Positions 40,735-52,752 of a stretch of 64,000 bases of DNA are shown piece by piece; positions within the stretch are counted from its first letter, which is position 1; each line of letters opens with the position of its first letter. The notes under the pieces are model-generated. The model had not been told where the DNA came from, made no database searches, and saw nothing but the letters and a program-made list of their open reading frames with translations. Both the position numbers and the translations under genes were made by a program. The DNA lies in assembly GCF_006345805.1 (NCBI RefSeq), contig NC_043012.1, forward strand, positions 44,454,001-44,518,000. The letters run 5' to 3'. This DNA comes from Octopus sinensis (lineage: Eukaryota).

Positions 40735-41830
40735 GGCCTCATCCATTAACATATACCGACCTTCAACAACACTGACATGAACACCAAATTTGAGATTGAA
40801 CATCCAGATGAATCCAGAACCCTCTCTCAACTCGGCTTCCAACTCAAAATCGCAAAAGAAGCCTCCATATTTACCAAATTCTATAGAAAAGCTGCCAATA
40901 GAAAACTTTACGCCCACTACCAATCAGTCTTACCCACCAGAGCCAAAGCTGCAAACATGAGTAACGAGATTGCATGTATAAACAACAATTACAGCAATGT
41001 GACTGACAAAGCCGTCAACACCAAACTGTTTCTCAGAGACCTAACCCTGAATGGCTACCCACCATCTTTAGGAAACCAATGGGGGCCTGAAGAACATCAA
41101 GGTCAATAAACCCTGGAAGAACCATCATACTCCCAAGTTTGGTATGTGTTTCCTAAAGCTACCACACTTTGATGATAGAACTACTGTAGTGGTACAACAC
41201 AGAGTCCGCAGGGAAGGACATTACATACAGATTGTGCACACCAGTCCTTCCCTGAGAAAAGCTCTTTCGAAGAACAGCACCTCTCACTACACGGAGGAGA
41301 GCACATTGACGAACTGCCCCATCAATGACCCTGAATTGTGCCAGAGGATGTATGTTGTATATGAGATCATCTGTGACAAATGTGGTGTATCTTACATCAG
41401 AAGTATGACAAGAAAACTGCAAATACGCATTAAGGAACACATGCAGACAGACACTTCCGTGAAGAAACATCTACGGAAATGCCAGGCCTGGGAATTCATA
41501 GTGCACATCAAGGCAACACAGTGGAACAGGGGAAACCTTAGAACCTCTGAGGACATCCTCATACACTGAAAGAAACCTAAGATCAACAATAGAAGAGAGT
41601 TACAGGAAGCTAGCTGGTTGCTATAGCAACACCCTTCTGTGCATGTCCACTCCACACATGCTCACACACATGCACATCAGCAACATTCGTCAATTTCTGG
41701 AAAATGGGGTCATAAATGTGAAATATTAAATACAAGGTAAGTCTATATTAATTCACATATTTGGTTTCTTGTGATTTACCTTGCATTTACTTCACATTGT
41801 TTTGGCCTTCCCTACGATCCTTTATACACT
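40735..41830 (+). mobile_element. 5'-truncated PLE (RT thumb, Cys-rich linker, GIY-YIG; Neptune-like layout)
   Basis: KFEIEHP...FYRKAANRKLYAHYQSVLP...LTLNGYPP; CPINDPELC..VVYEIICDKCGVSYIRSMTRKLQIRIKEH...SEDILIH*KKPKINNR. Confidence 0.8.
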
Positions 41831-41892
41831 ATATATATATATACACACACATATAATCATATACAGACACACACACAGACACACACACATAT

Positions 41893-41938
<46 letters not shown>

Positions 41939-42378
41939 GTGTTTGTATTTGTATCTGTGCTTGTTCCCCACTACCATTGCTTAGAAACCAGTGTTGGTGT
42001 GTTTATGTCCCCATAACTTAGCAGTTCAGCAGAAGATATCAATACAACAAGCACCAGGTTTATAAAGTATAAGTCTAGGGGGCGATTTCTTGAACTAAAA
42101 GGTGGTACTCCAGCATGGCCACACTCAAATGACTGTAAAAGTGTAATATATATATATATATATCTTTTGTTTCAGTCACATGACTGAAGCCATGCTGGGG
42201 CACTTCCTGTAGTCGAACAAAATGACCCCAGGACTTATTCTTTGTAAGCAAAGTACTTATTTTACCAGTTTCTTTTGCCAAACCACTAAATTACAGGAAC
42301 ATAAAGAAACCAGCATTGGTTGTCAAGCTATGGTGGGGGGACAAACACAGACCCAAACATATACACACTCATGTTAAT

Positions 42379-43475
42379 GGCCTCATCCATTAACATATAC
42401 CGACCTTCAACAACACTGACATGAACACCAAATTTGAGATTGAACATCCAGATGAATCCAGAACCCTCTCTCAACTCGGCTTCCAACTCAAAATCGCAAA
42501 AGAAGCCTCCATATTTACCAAATTCTATAGAAAAGCTGCCAATAGAAAACTTTACGCCCACTACCAATCAGTCTTACCCACCAGAGCCAAAGCTGCAAAC
42601 ATGAGTAACGAGATTGCATGTATAAACAACAATTACAGCAATGTGACTGACAAAGCCGTCAACACCAAACTGTTTCTCAGAGACCTAACCCTGAATGGCT
42701 ACCCACCATCTTTAGGAAACCAATGGGGGCCTGAAGAACATCAAGGTCAATAAACCCTGGAAGAACCATCATACTCCCAAGTTTGGTATGTGTTTCCTAA
42801 AGCTACCACACTTTGATGATAGAACTACTGTAGTGGTACAACACAGAGTCCGCAGGGAAGGACATTACATACAGATTGTGCACACCAGTCCTTCCCTGAG
42901 AAAAGCTCTTTCGAAGAACAGCACCTCTCACTACACGGAGGAGAGCACATTGACGAACTGCCCCATCAATGACCCTGAATTGTGCCAGAGGATGTATGTT
43001 GTATATGAGATCATCTGTGACAAATGTGGTGTATCTTACATCAGAAGTATGACAAGAAAACTGCAAATACGCATTAAGGAACACATGCAGACAGACACTT
43101 CCGTGAAGAAACATCTACGGAAATGCCAGGCCTGGGAATTCATAGTGCACATCAAGGCAACACAGTGGAACAGGGGAAACCTTAGAACCTCTGAGGACAT
43201 CCTCATACACTGAAAGAAACCTAAGATCAACAATAGAAGAGAGTTACAGGAAGCTAGCTGGTTGCTATAGCAACACCCTTCTGTGCATGTCCACTCCACA
43301 CATGCTCACACACATGCACATCAGCAACATTCGTCAATTTCTGGAAAATGGGGTCATAAATGTGAAATATTAAATACAAGGTAAGTCTATATTAATTCAC
43401 ATATTTGGTTTCTTGTGATTTACCTTGCATTTACTTCACATTGTTTTGGCCTTCCCTACGATCCTTTATACACTA
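42379..43475 (+). mobile_element. Duplicate of the PLE at 40735-41830
   Basis: Identical translations. Confidence 0.8.
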
Positions 43476-43699
43476 TATATATATATACACACACATATAA
43501 TCATATACAGACACACACACAGACACACACACATATATATATATATAATTATATATACACATATATATAATTATATATATACATTACATATATAAAATTA
43601 TATATATATATATATATGAAATTATATATATATAATTGTATATACATATATATATATGAAATTACATACATATATATATATATAAATATATTATATAAA

Positions 43700-44290
43700 A
43701 TCCGTTCTGTCTGTCTGTGTGTGTGTCTTCTAGGATCTCAGGCATCCTCCATCCAATTGCACTCAAATTTCATATGTAGATACTGACGATATCAGGGCAT
43801 GTATAAGTCTTGAAAAAATTATAAAAATCGATTCCAGGTGAGAGTGCGATCGATAAAGCTGTGGGAACGTGCAAGTATATAGTTCCATAGGTTGTTGCTT
43901 TTCATCAAAAATCGCCCCAAGTTGATTTCCTACGTGTCTTATCGGATAAACTTATTATTCTCCCAGGTACGTTCTCATAAATTCATCATGCTTTTCCATC
44001 TAGATCTACCTCCAGCTAACCTATTTGCATACATCATTTTTGTCCTGCTTTACTTCCGTCAACCTATACATAATTGCGCCTTCCATTTTTTGTTGTTTTT
44101 GTACTGCTTAAAGGCACATTTCTTTCCTGCCAAGCTTACTGTCTAAACCATGTTTGTGTTCTTCCAATCAACAGCCTTATCATTACTGGTCCTTTAAACT
44201 CTTCGGTTGCATATTTGTGTGAATAAAATTGTTTTTCTTTGGAATAGAAAAAAAGTCCATCTTTATTTCTTCTTTTGCTGGTGTCTCAAA
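43700..44290. mobile_element. Possible non-autonomous Helitron/Helentron-type element remnant
   Basis: (TCTG)n(TG)n followed by ATCTCAGGCATCCTCCATCCAATTGCACTCAAATTTCATATG resembles DINE/HINE-type internal motifs; no second copy in the window. Confidence 0.3.
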
Positions 44291-44442
44291 TTTAGGTTAG
44301 ATCAGTGTTTCTCAAAGGGGAGGCCTATGGGATGGTGGGACGAGTTGTTTTGAGAAAATTTGGTTTAAATGTTTGACAACTCAGAACCGTCCATTGGACG
44401 GGGGGGGGGCTTTTGCTCATATATATATATATATATATAAAT

Positions 44443-45169
44443 TATTTGCATTATTTACATTTGACGAATATTTGTCCTCATCTTGTTTGTTGTTAACACA
44501 TTTCGGCTGATATACCCTCCAACCTTCATCAGGTGTCTTGGGGAAATTTCATACCTGGGTTCTCATTCCTAAGGTATCTTTCAATGTTATTATATTTATT
44601 ATTATTGAGTGAGAGAGCAGTGCATGCCATCAAAGTGACACTGGTGTAAAATATATGAAGCCCAGTAAACCCATCATGACAACCCGTCTGATAAGGGTAC
44701 ACTCGGCACATGCATTACAACCATATGTGCGCAACATGGTGATCTCATATCAAGATAAACAGCACATGACGTTGCAGATGGGGCCCACCTGCAATTTTCT
44801 TCTGGTCGAGTAACCCATCCCGCTCAAAGGTCCCTGAATAAGGGTTGTTTAAGGATGTTGAACAAAATACCCATGTTTCCAGAGGTGAATTTTCAAACCC
44901 CAAAGAATCCCTCTCAACACATGGCTATGATGCTCCTCCACTACTTCTGCTCGTGATCAGAGATGCACATATCGTCAGCCACTAAGGGACATGGCCAACT
45001 GGTTAAGATCAACTGACAAGCAAATCTGTGGTGTTGAGCAGAATATTTGCTGTAGCTCATCTTTTATACCAAGACAAAACAATGTACATGATAACACTTC
45101 CAATCAGTTAAGATCAGAAGTCACAAGAGCCACTGTCTGATACAGCATCAGGGCATTTAAAAAATTTTT

Positions 45170-45205
<36 letters not shown>

Positions 45206-45300
45206 CACGTCACTGCTTGGAATCGAACTCGGAATCTTCGGGATAGTAGCCCAGGCTCTAAACTACTACACCATATGCCCATGGGCATATGGCATAGTGA
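44443..45300 (-). mobile_element. Third tRNA-head/hammerhead element, split by a nested insertion
   Basis: Tail with HHR (CTGATGA core, 44495-44537) at 44443-44606; head at 45205-45280; palindromic junction CCATATGCCCATGGGCATATGG at 45271-45292. Confidence 0.7.
44607..45158. mobile_element. About 550-bp unclassified repeat inserted in the AAT linker
   Basis: Cleanly interrupts the element between (TTA)n tracts. Confidence 0.55.
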
Positions 45301-45366
45301 TTATACACACACACATATATATATACATATATAACATGATATATATAATTATATATATATATATAT

Positions 45367-47880
45367 GTTCTTTTATGTGTTTCAGCCAGGTGGCTGTGGT
45401 CATGCTGGAGTACCACCATGATCTTTTCCTTCTTTATTTTTGTACCTTCTTCAAAATATTTCCATAGTTCCTCTCCTCCATCTGATGCGATTCCATCAAA
45501 ATGTCGATGGCCCTTCTGGTTTTTGAGGGAATTCGACACTGCTGCCCTCAACTGTGCCCCATGTAGAGCCATTGGGTCATCTGGTGTTGTGGATAGGAGA
45601 GTGTCCAGTTTCTTTTGAAAACTTCCACATCGTGTAAGTTTCTCAATTGTTTTGGCAAAGCATTGAAGAGCTGTGGTCCTCTGAACCCTAGGCTATTGCA
45701 GTACCTGGTTCTTATATTAGCTGCATTAGACAGTACCTTCGGTACTATGCAGTGGCGTCCAGTATGAGCATTCATATAACACTTGATGCCAAAATTGGGT
45801 ACCAGCCCTCCTAGTATTTTTCACATGTAAATTATTACATATCTCTCACATCTGTGCTCTAGGGAGTAGAGTCGTAGTTCTTTCAGCCCCACCCTGTAGT
45901 TCATCTGTTGGACTGTAGCAATCCTTTTAGTGTAGGGACGCTGGATTGCTTCAAGCTCCGTTGTTAGCTTGACACTGTGTGGTGACCACAGCTGAGAGCA
46001 GGAGTCTAGGTGACTGAGGACAAAGGTCTTCCATAGAGTCAACATGACTTCTTGATCTCTTGTCCTGAATGTCCTTAGTACCCATTCTGCCATTTGTACG
46101 CACTTTGCTGCCACCTTGGTAATGTGAATGTGAAATGATGCATCATTTCACATACTGATGCTCAGGTCTCTCACTGTTTGTGACTCTGGGATTGCAGTAA
46201 CTCTGGTTCCTGTAAATGCCAGTTGTGGAGCATTTGTGATCTTATAGCACAGTGCTTGAAATGTTTCAGCATTAAATTGCATATTCTTTTGCTCTGCCCT
46301 CTTGTATATTGCATTTAGGTCATTCTGCAGGTTTATGACGTCATTAGGATACTTTATTGCCTGTGATAATTTTGTATCATCGGCATAGCTAGTGACAGTG
46401 GCTGTCTGAGTGACTGTGGGCATATCTAAGAGGGCTACTATAAACAGTGATGGCTCTAAGACAGTTCCCCAAGGGACAATGCTTGAAATTTGTGTTTCCC
46501 TAGAGAGGGTACCATTGGCTGCAACTGTCTGACTTCTATTGTTTAGGAAGTCATGCAGCCACTCGCTTAGTTTACCAGTTATATCAAGGTTTTGCGACTT
46601 GTGACATATTATGCCATGATCAACTTTGTCAAAGGCCTTTGCAAAGACAAGATATATCACATCAACATTTGAATGGTCAAGAAGCTGCTTCAGGACCCAG
46701 TCATAATGCCATAAGAGTTGTGTGAGGCAGCTTCTGCCTGGACGAAAGCCATGCTGAGTATCATTCAGCAAGTCATTTCCTTCTAGGAATGAAATCAGTT
46801 TCTTTCTGACAATTTGTTCCATGACTTTGCTCCTATGTGAAGTCAGAGAGCTGGGTCTGTAGTTTTTGGCCTTTGTTCTGCTTCCACCTTTATGGATAGG
46901 GCATATGATGCCTTCTTAGGGCTTTTTAGGAAGTTTACCACTTGTAAGGAAACTTTGGGAGAGTATCTGAAGTGGTCTCGCTTATTCCTGTTTACATGAC
47001 TTTAAAAGAATAGCCGGGAAACCCTTGGGGCCAATTGCTGAGTTTGAGCTTATTTCATCTATGGCTGCCATTACATCTTCCTCTTCAATGTCATTGTAGG
47101 TAATGGCTGCCACCTTTTTCTGCAGGATTGTTTAGTCAAAGAAATCAGCTGGGTTTTGTTTTTATCTGCATGTGCCTCAGAGGTGAAGACACTTTTAAAT
47201 TGTACACTTAGCACTTCAGTTATCCTTTTGGGGCATGCAGTCAGTGAGCCATTCAACTGGAGCAGGGGTCCTATTTTGTACTGCAAATTTATAGACAACC
47301 TTGGTGTTTTTATGCTTTCTACAGCTCTCTTCTCCTTCTCTGCTCTTTTCATAGGAGAGTTTAATTTTGTTTTCAATTTCCAGCAGTGTCTGTGTTGATT
47401 TAGCCTTTTTACTAACCTTCACTTCTCTATTCAACTGGTTTGAAACTTAACGATTTTCTGTCTCTGGGGATTCTATTTATATGTATGCTAGCCTTTCTTT
47501 CTGGCATATAGCTTGCAGTCGACATACAGTGACATAGTTTTAGGAAATTGTCTTGTATAGACAGGCTGTCAGGTCAGCTTTTATTATGGGTCTCTTTGGG
47601 GATTCATTTCCAGTTTGCTTTGGGAAAATTTAGGTTGGATATAGATTACGTCCTCCTGATAGGGTGGATATCAGTAGTTTGCCTAGGACCATGTATTGTT
47701 CATTGTATAATGTTTTGATCTGAAACAGTTGTTCATGTTACCCTTGCATTATGGACAATGTTCACATTGTTTGTGATGCAGAGATCCAAAATATTGCCTC
47801 TCCTCGTGGATTTGAGCATCACTTGTTCTACAAACAGTATCCAAGAAAGTTCCAGGAATGATATTGCTTGATTTGTTCAT
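45367..47880 (-). mobile_element. CR1-group LINE, 5'-truncated and frameshifted (APE C-terminus, RT, 3' tail)
   Basis: NILDLCITNN...SDQ; QHGFRPGRSCLTQLL..VDVIYLVFAKAFDKVDHG..PWGTVLEPSLF..YADDTK; LEAIQRPYTKRI; tail GGTACTCCAGCATGACCACAGCC..GCTGAAAC. Confidence 0.9.
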
Positions 47881-48044
47881 GCATATATATAATGTTATAT
47901 ACATATCCTTGTTGCTTATTTTGATATATATATATATATATATACATATAAGCAATAAGGGTGAAAAATTGAATATTAATTTGATTAATATCAATTTAAA
48001 ACCAGTGGCCTAGCATATTAAAAAAATCTGAAGATTTATATATG

Positions 48045-48081
<37 letters not shown>

Positions 48082-48201
48082 TTTGAAAGAACTTTTTCTT
48101 TACCCATTCCCTTCCGGTAATTTCAATATGTGACCGCGTGTGTAGCGTTCGCGATTTTCTTTTTCCGTCTTCCCTTCTTTGTACTTTATCCTTTTTTCTA
48201 T

Positions 48202-48236
48202 ATTTCTGATGAAGGGCTCCGCTCGGAACATTAAAT
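48202..48236 (+). ncRNA. Degenerate minimal HHR-like motif
   Basis: ATTT-CTGATGA-A-GGGC-tcc-GCTC-GGAAC-AT-T-AAAT. Confidence 0.45.
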
Positions 48237-48332
48237 CCTCCTTCTTTCTTTCTTTTCCTGAGCACTATAGTATAACACTATACTTATTCCACATCCTTGC
48301 GTTGTTGTGTTTCCCTTTATTCATGTTTGGAT

Positions 48333-48370
<38 letters not shown>

Positions 48371-48375
<5 letters not shown>

Positions 48376-48521
48376 AAAAACAGTAAGATAACAAAAGAAA
48401 GAAAGAGACCTCAATATTATGTAAATAGAGGCCAGATAACTGAAGAGATGGTGTTGTGGATTTCCACTTCGGCATCTGAAACTCAGAGTTTTATCTTGAC
48501 TATTGAGTAATTGTAATATAT

Positions 48522-48525
<4 letters not shown>
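48371..48525 (+). mobile_element. Short HHR-bearing pLTR-like element between (TA)n tracts (HHR at 48434-48496)
   Basis: AGATAA-CTGAAGA-GATG..GTGGA/TCCAC..CATC-T-GAAA-CTCAGAGT-T-TTATCT. Confidence 0.65.
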
Positions 48526-48564
<39 letters not shown>

Positions 48565-48574
48565 AGTTTCACAT

Positions 48575-49042
48575 AGCAGCCCCAGCCCATCCAAAGTACC
48601 TTGGATCGCAGAACGACCTGCTGTGCTTACCTTGGATCGTAGGGTGACCTGCTGTGCTTGAGGAGACCTATTGAGTCAAGTACATCAACATCAAAACAAA
48701 AATCAAATGGAAATTGTAGTCGTGATGCTTGTGTCGGTGGCACGTAAAAAGCCCCACCTTCACTGCCTTCCATGCCGGTGGCACGTAAAAAGCACCGACT
48801 GATCGTGGCCGTTACCAGCTGTCCCTGGCACCTGTGCTGGTGGCACATTAAATGCACCCACTACACACATGGAGTGGTTGGCATTATGAAGGGCATCTAG
48901 CTGTAGAAACACTGCCAGATCAGACTGGAGCCTGGTGTTGCCTCCTGGCTTCCCAGACACCTGTCTAATTGTCCAACCTATGCTAGCATGGAAAACAAAC
49001 ATTAATCAATGATGATAATGATGATGATGATGATGATGATAA

Positions 49043-49045
<3 letters not shown>
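48575..49045 (+). mobile_element. RTE 3' UTR
   Basis: Reverse complement of 19310-19720; (ATG)n tail. Confidence 0.75.
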
Positions 49046-49090
<45 letters not shown>

Positions 49091-49116
49091 GTATATATAT
49101 ATATATATATACACAC

Positions 49117-49230
<114 letters not shown>

Positions 49231-49291
49231 AATTATATATGCATATAATTTTATATATGTATATAATTATATATATAATATATATACATGC

Positions 49292-49488
49292 ATAGGAGGG
49301 GCTGTTTGGTAAGTAGCTTGCTGATGAACCACATAGTTCCGGGTTCAGTCCCACTGCGTGGCACCTTGGGCAAGTGTCTCCTACTGTAACCTCGGGATGA
49401 CCAAAGCTTTGTGAGTGGATTTGGTAGATAGAAACTGAAAGAAGCCTGTTGTATATATGTGTGTGTATATATATATATATATATACAC

Positions 49489-49527
<39 letters not shown>

Positions 49528-49907
49528 CAATTAAGGGTTTAGCAACGAATTGCCTTACCACACACCGAATTTAGAAATAGCAGTCAAAGAGATATAGCTA
49601 TTCCTTCTACTAAAAGGGAGATCTCAGTAAAAACACAGCACTTGAAAGGCAAACACAGACAGGTTACCTGTCTGTGTTTGCCTTTCAAGTGCTGTGTTTT
49701 TACTGAGATCTCCCTTTTAGTAGAAGGAATAGCTATATCTCTTTGACTGCTATTTCTAAATTCGGTGTGTGGTAAGGCAATTCGTTGCTAAACCCTTAAT
49801 TGCTTAGTATTACTTAAATTTTCCTCGAATGAAGCTTTTACATGCCGAAATCTACTTGGTGTAATTGATAATTATTCCAAATTAATTAATTTCACCCTTT
49901 ATTGTTA

Positions 49908-49945
<38 letters not shown>

Positions 49946-50189
49946 TATATGTGTATGTATGTGTATGTATGTGTGTGTATATGTTTGTGTGTCTGTGTTT
50001 GTTAACCCAACATCGCTTGACAACCGATGCTAGTATGTTTACATCCCCGTAAACTAGCGGTTCAGCAAAAGAGACTGATAGAATAAGTACTAGGCTTACA
50101 AAGAATAAGTCCTGGGGAGCTTTGTTCAACTAAAGGCGGTGCTCCAGCATGGCCACAGTCAAATGATTGAAACAAGTAAAAGAGTAAAA
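49292..50189 (+). mobile_element. SINE family A interrupted in its internal (TA)n
   Basis: Head 49292-49460, tail 49960-50189. Confidence 0.75.
49526..49910. repeat. Perfect 279-bp palindrome (49526-49804, centre 49665) with an extension ending in (TA)n
   Basis: 139-bp arms with a 1-nt loop; no mismatch seen by eye. Confidence 0.9.
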
Positions 50190-50222
50190 TACATATAGTT
50201 TTATATATATATATATATATGA

Positions 50223-50254
<32 letters not shown>

Positions 50255-50264
<10 letters not shown>

Positions 50265-51975
50265 AATAGATGAGTGTATTTTACCTTGTTAACATTTAAC
50301 ACGGATAAATGAATGAATAGTTACCAGGACAGCAAAAATCTCACAAGTAAAGATGTTGTAACTCCTTGTTTATAAAGGTTGAAACTTCGTGTTTACATTG
50401 AATATTTGAATAATAGGAATAAAAAATGGAGTTAACGCAGGTTTAAACAAGTATTTTTTCTTTCTACATATGTTTCAAAAATTCCACTGATACTTATTCA
50501 AAAGAATAAAAGGTATAAACAATGCAATCTTCTCTTCGGAAAGGGAAAAAACGAAACTTGTCAATACGACATTTTAGCAAAAAATGATGGATTCGTATAG
50601 CGATAGACAGAACGCTATTAATATTGTTTAAAAAAACGTTATATGATATAACGTCATAAGTAGCTAACAGAAAGAGTAGGGATATTAATAGTGAATGTTA
50701 AATATAAAGGAAATTAAAGTCTAAACTATATATAATGATAGAGACTACTTATATGCACTAAAAGTATGTTTTTGCCAATGCTTACATCTGTATGCTCGTT
50801 CTATAACCGTGTTTACTAGAGTATTTTTAGAAAAAATAATGAAAAATAGCTCAGAATTGCAGAGAAGACAGAATTTCTTGCCTTTGTCATATGGTATCGA
50901 AATTGAGAGGATCAACCATTCCAAATGAAATTGTTCATTGTGGTCTTTTAAATTCCAAATCAGTTTGCTGAGACCGGTACTATTCCGTTTATTTCTATCC
51001 CTAAATGTTGAGTAATGGATAGAAATTCTCTTAGATAACTCTAACGATGTGCTTCCAATGTAAAATTGTACTTTATTACGAGTACTGATTATACACTGGT
51101 ATATAGAATTTTTAATCTTAGAGTTACTTGACATAAATTTAATTCTATTGGGATTGACTTCAGATACAATAACCTTGTTATTAATATTTCTAGAGGGTTG
51201 GATGGTAGTAGCTAAATTAATGTTAGTATTAGTAAATGTATTAATATATTTAACAGTTTGTTATTATGAGAAGATATAATTTGCAAGAGATTTTTTGTGT
51301 TTGAAAAACCTATCCTAACTTTATGTGAATTAATTATAGAGTAATATCTAGAATTATTTGGAAAATTCCTAGCAATAGCTTGACGAAACAGCAGTGGGAG
51401 ATTAGATTTAATTTGTTTCCCGTAAGGAATTATTAACCAAATATTTTTACTAGTATTCATAGCGTAATTACTTTTGAAGGTGTTATATTTACTTTTAGAT
51501 CGGTAATAGGGGAATAAATAAGGGTTATCTGCCTTCATTCGCTTTGTATCGGTGCGTAAGTTATGTTTGTTATCAATAATTCTTTTACGACTAGAAATCT
51601 TATCTACATTATTGAATTTACAATTAGACTGAGCAGAATCAATGTAGAAAATTTTTTCTGTATAACCTGCTTTGATTAAGGCAGAGTTATAGAATTCAGC
51701 GTTATTATTGAAAATATCAATATTAGCAGATAATTTAGATAATCTAAATGAAATATTCTTAACTAAATTCTTAGTAATTGCTCCAGGATGATTACTAAAT
51801 TTGCTAATGTACTTAAGATTGGTCAACGGTTTATGATATGGGAAGTAAGAGTCAATGTGTAAATTAAGCGTAATATCTAAAAAGTTGGCCTTCGTCAGAT
51901 CGTCATCAAAAACGATTTTTAAGCCCATTCTACTGAAAAAATTAACTAAACTGTTCTTAACTTTTTGTATATATA
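50255..51975 (-). mobile_element. 5'-truncated PLE (RT thumb, linker, GIY-YIG, pLTR); resembles Hydra-type PLEs
   Basis: KVKNSLVNFFSRMGLKI..NFLDITLNL..PYHKP..SNHP; IWLIIPYG; SIYQCII..FYIGST..KRISIHYSTF..TGLSKLIWNLK..CLLCNSE..RCKH; degenerate HHR at 50460-50543 (core CGAAGA, GAAACATATGTA); (TA)n on both sides. Confidence 0.9.
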
Positions 51976-52021
51976 ATTAAATATATCTATATATAATATA
52001 ATTATATATATAAATATATAT

Positions 52022-52074
<53 letters not shown>

Positions 52075-52084
52075 TATATAACAA

Positions 52085-52708
52085 AGTAAATAGGGGTTAT
52101 GAATGTAACCCACTATGGGATATCAATTATCCAATATACTGCTGGTAAAGTACCCAAATTCTTAATACATAAATGCTTTTAATTGCAATGCAATTAATTC
52201 ATTTATTGTATTAAATGGGTGAAGGCAAAAAATAGTTTTACCATAAATTCATAATACAAATAAGAAAATGGAGAAACAAATTCATCTCATTCATCAACTA
52301 ACGGATATTACAATTTTACATTATTTATTAATTATACAAATGGGAATATCAAAATCAGACAAAACATTATATAAATCAATATGTAATATAATAATAAAGA
52401 TAATACAAATACATATTTTAATAGTCATATTATAAATTATTGAAATTCATAAACTACTCCTTACAGCTGTTTCAGCCTATGGTCAAGAGTCAATTCAACT
52501 TATATTGCCTATATATGTCAGTATATTATGGTTTTAGGCATTAAAAATTATACTTATATGTTAAAAGAACCATAGGCCTCGTCAGAGGATATAATTAATT
52601 TGAAAAGTATAATAATAATATTGATATACAAAACATGCTGCACTTATTATCCAATATATACAAATAAATAATAAAACAAATATCCAAAATACACATATAT
52701 ATATATAT

Positions 52709-52752
<44 letters not shown>

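Larger units (their letters stand above)
40270..43548. repeat. Direct tandem duplication, unit about 1644 bp
   Basis: Identical ORFs at 40777/42421 and 41144/42788; only 1-nt indels seen; junction in (TA)n near 41900-41935. Confidence 0.9.

Noticed and set aside
41690-41732. HHR-like ATTT-CTGGAAA..GAAATATT-AAAT in the PLE 3' region
   Set aside because: Core and stem II are too degenerate to call.
44303-44320. CAGTGTTTCTCAAA, a hAT-like terminal repeat
   Set aside because: No partner inverted repeat or TSD found.
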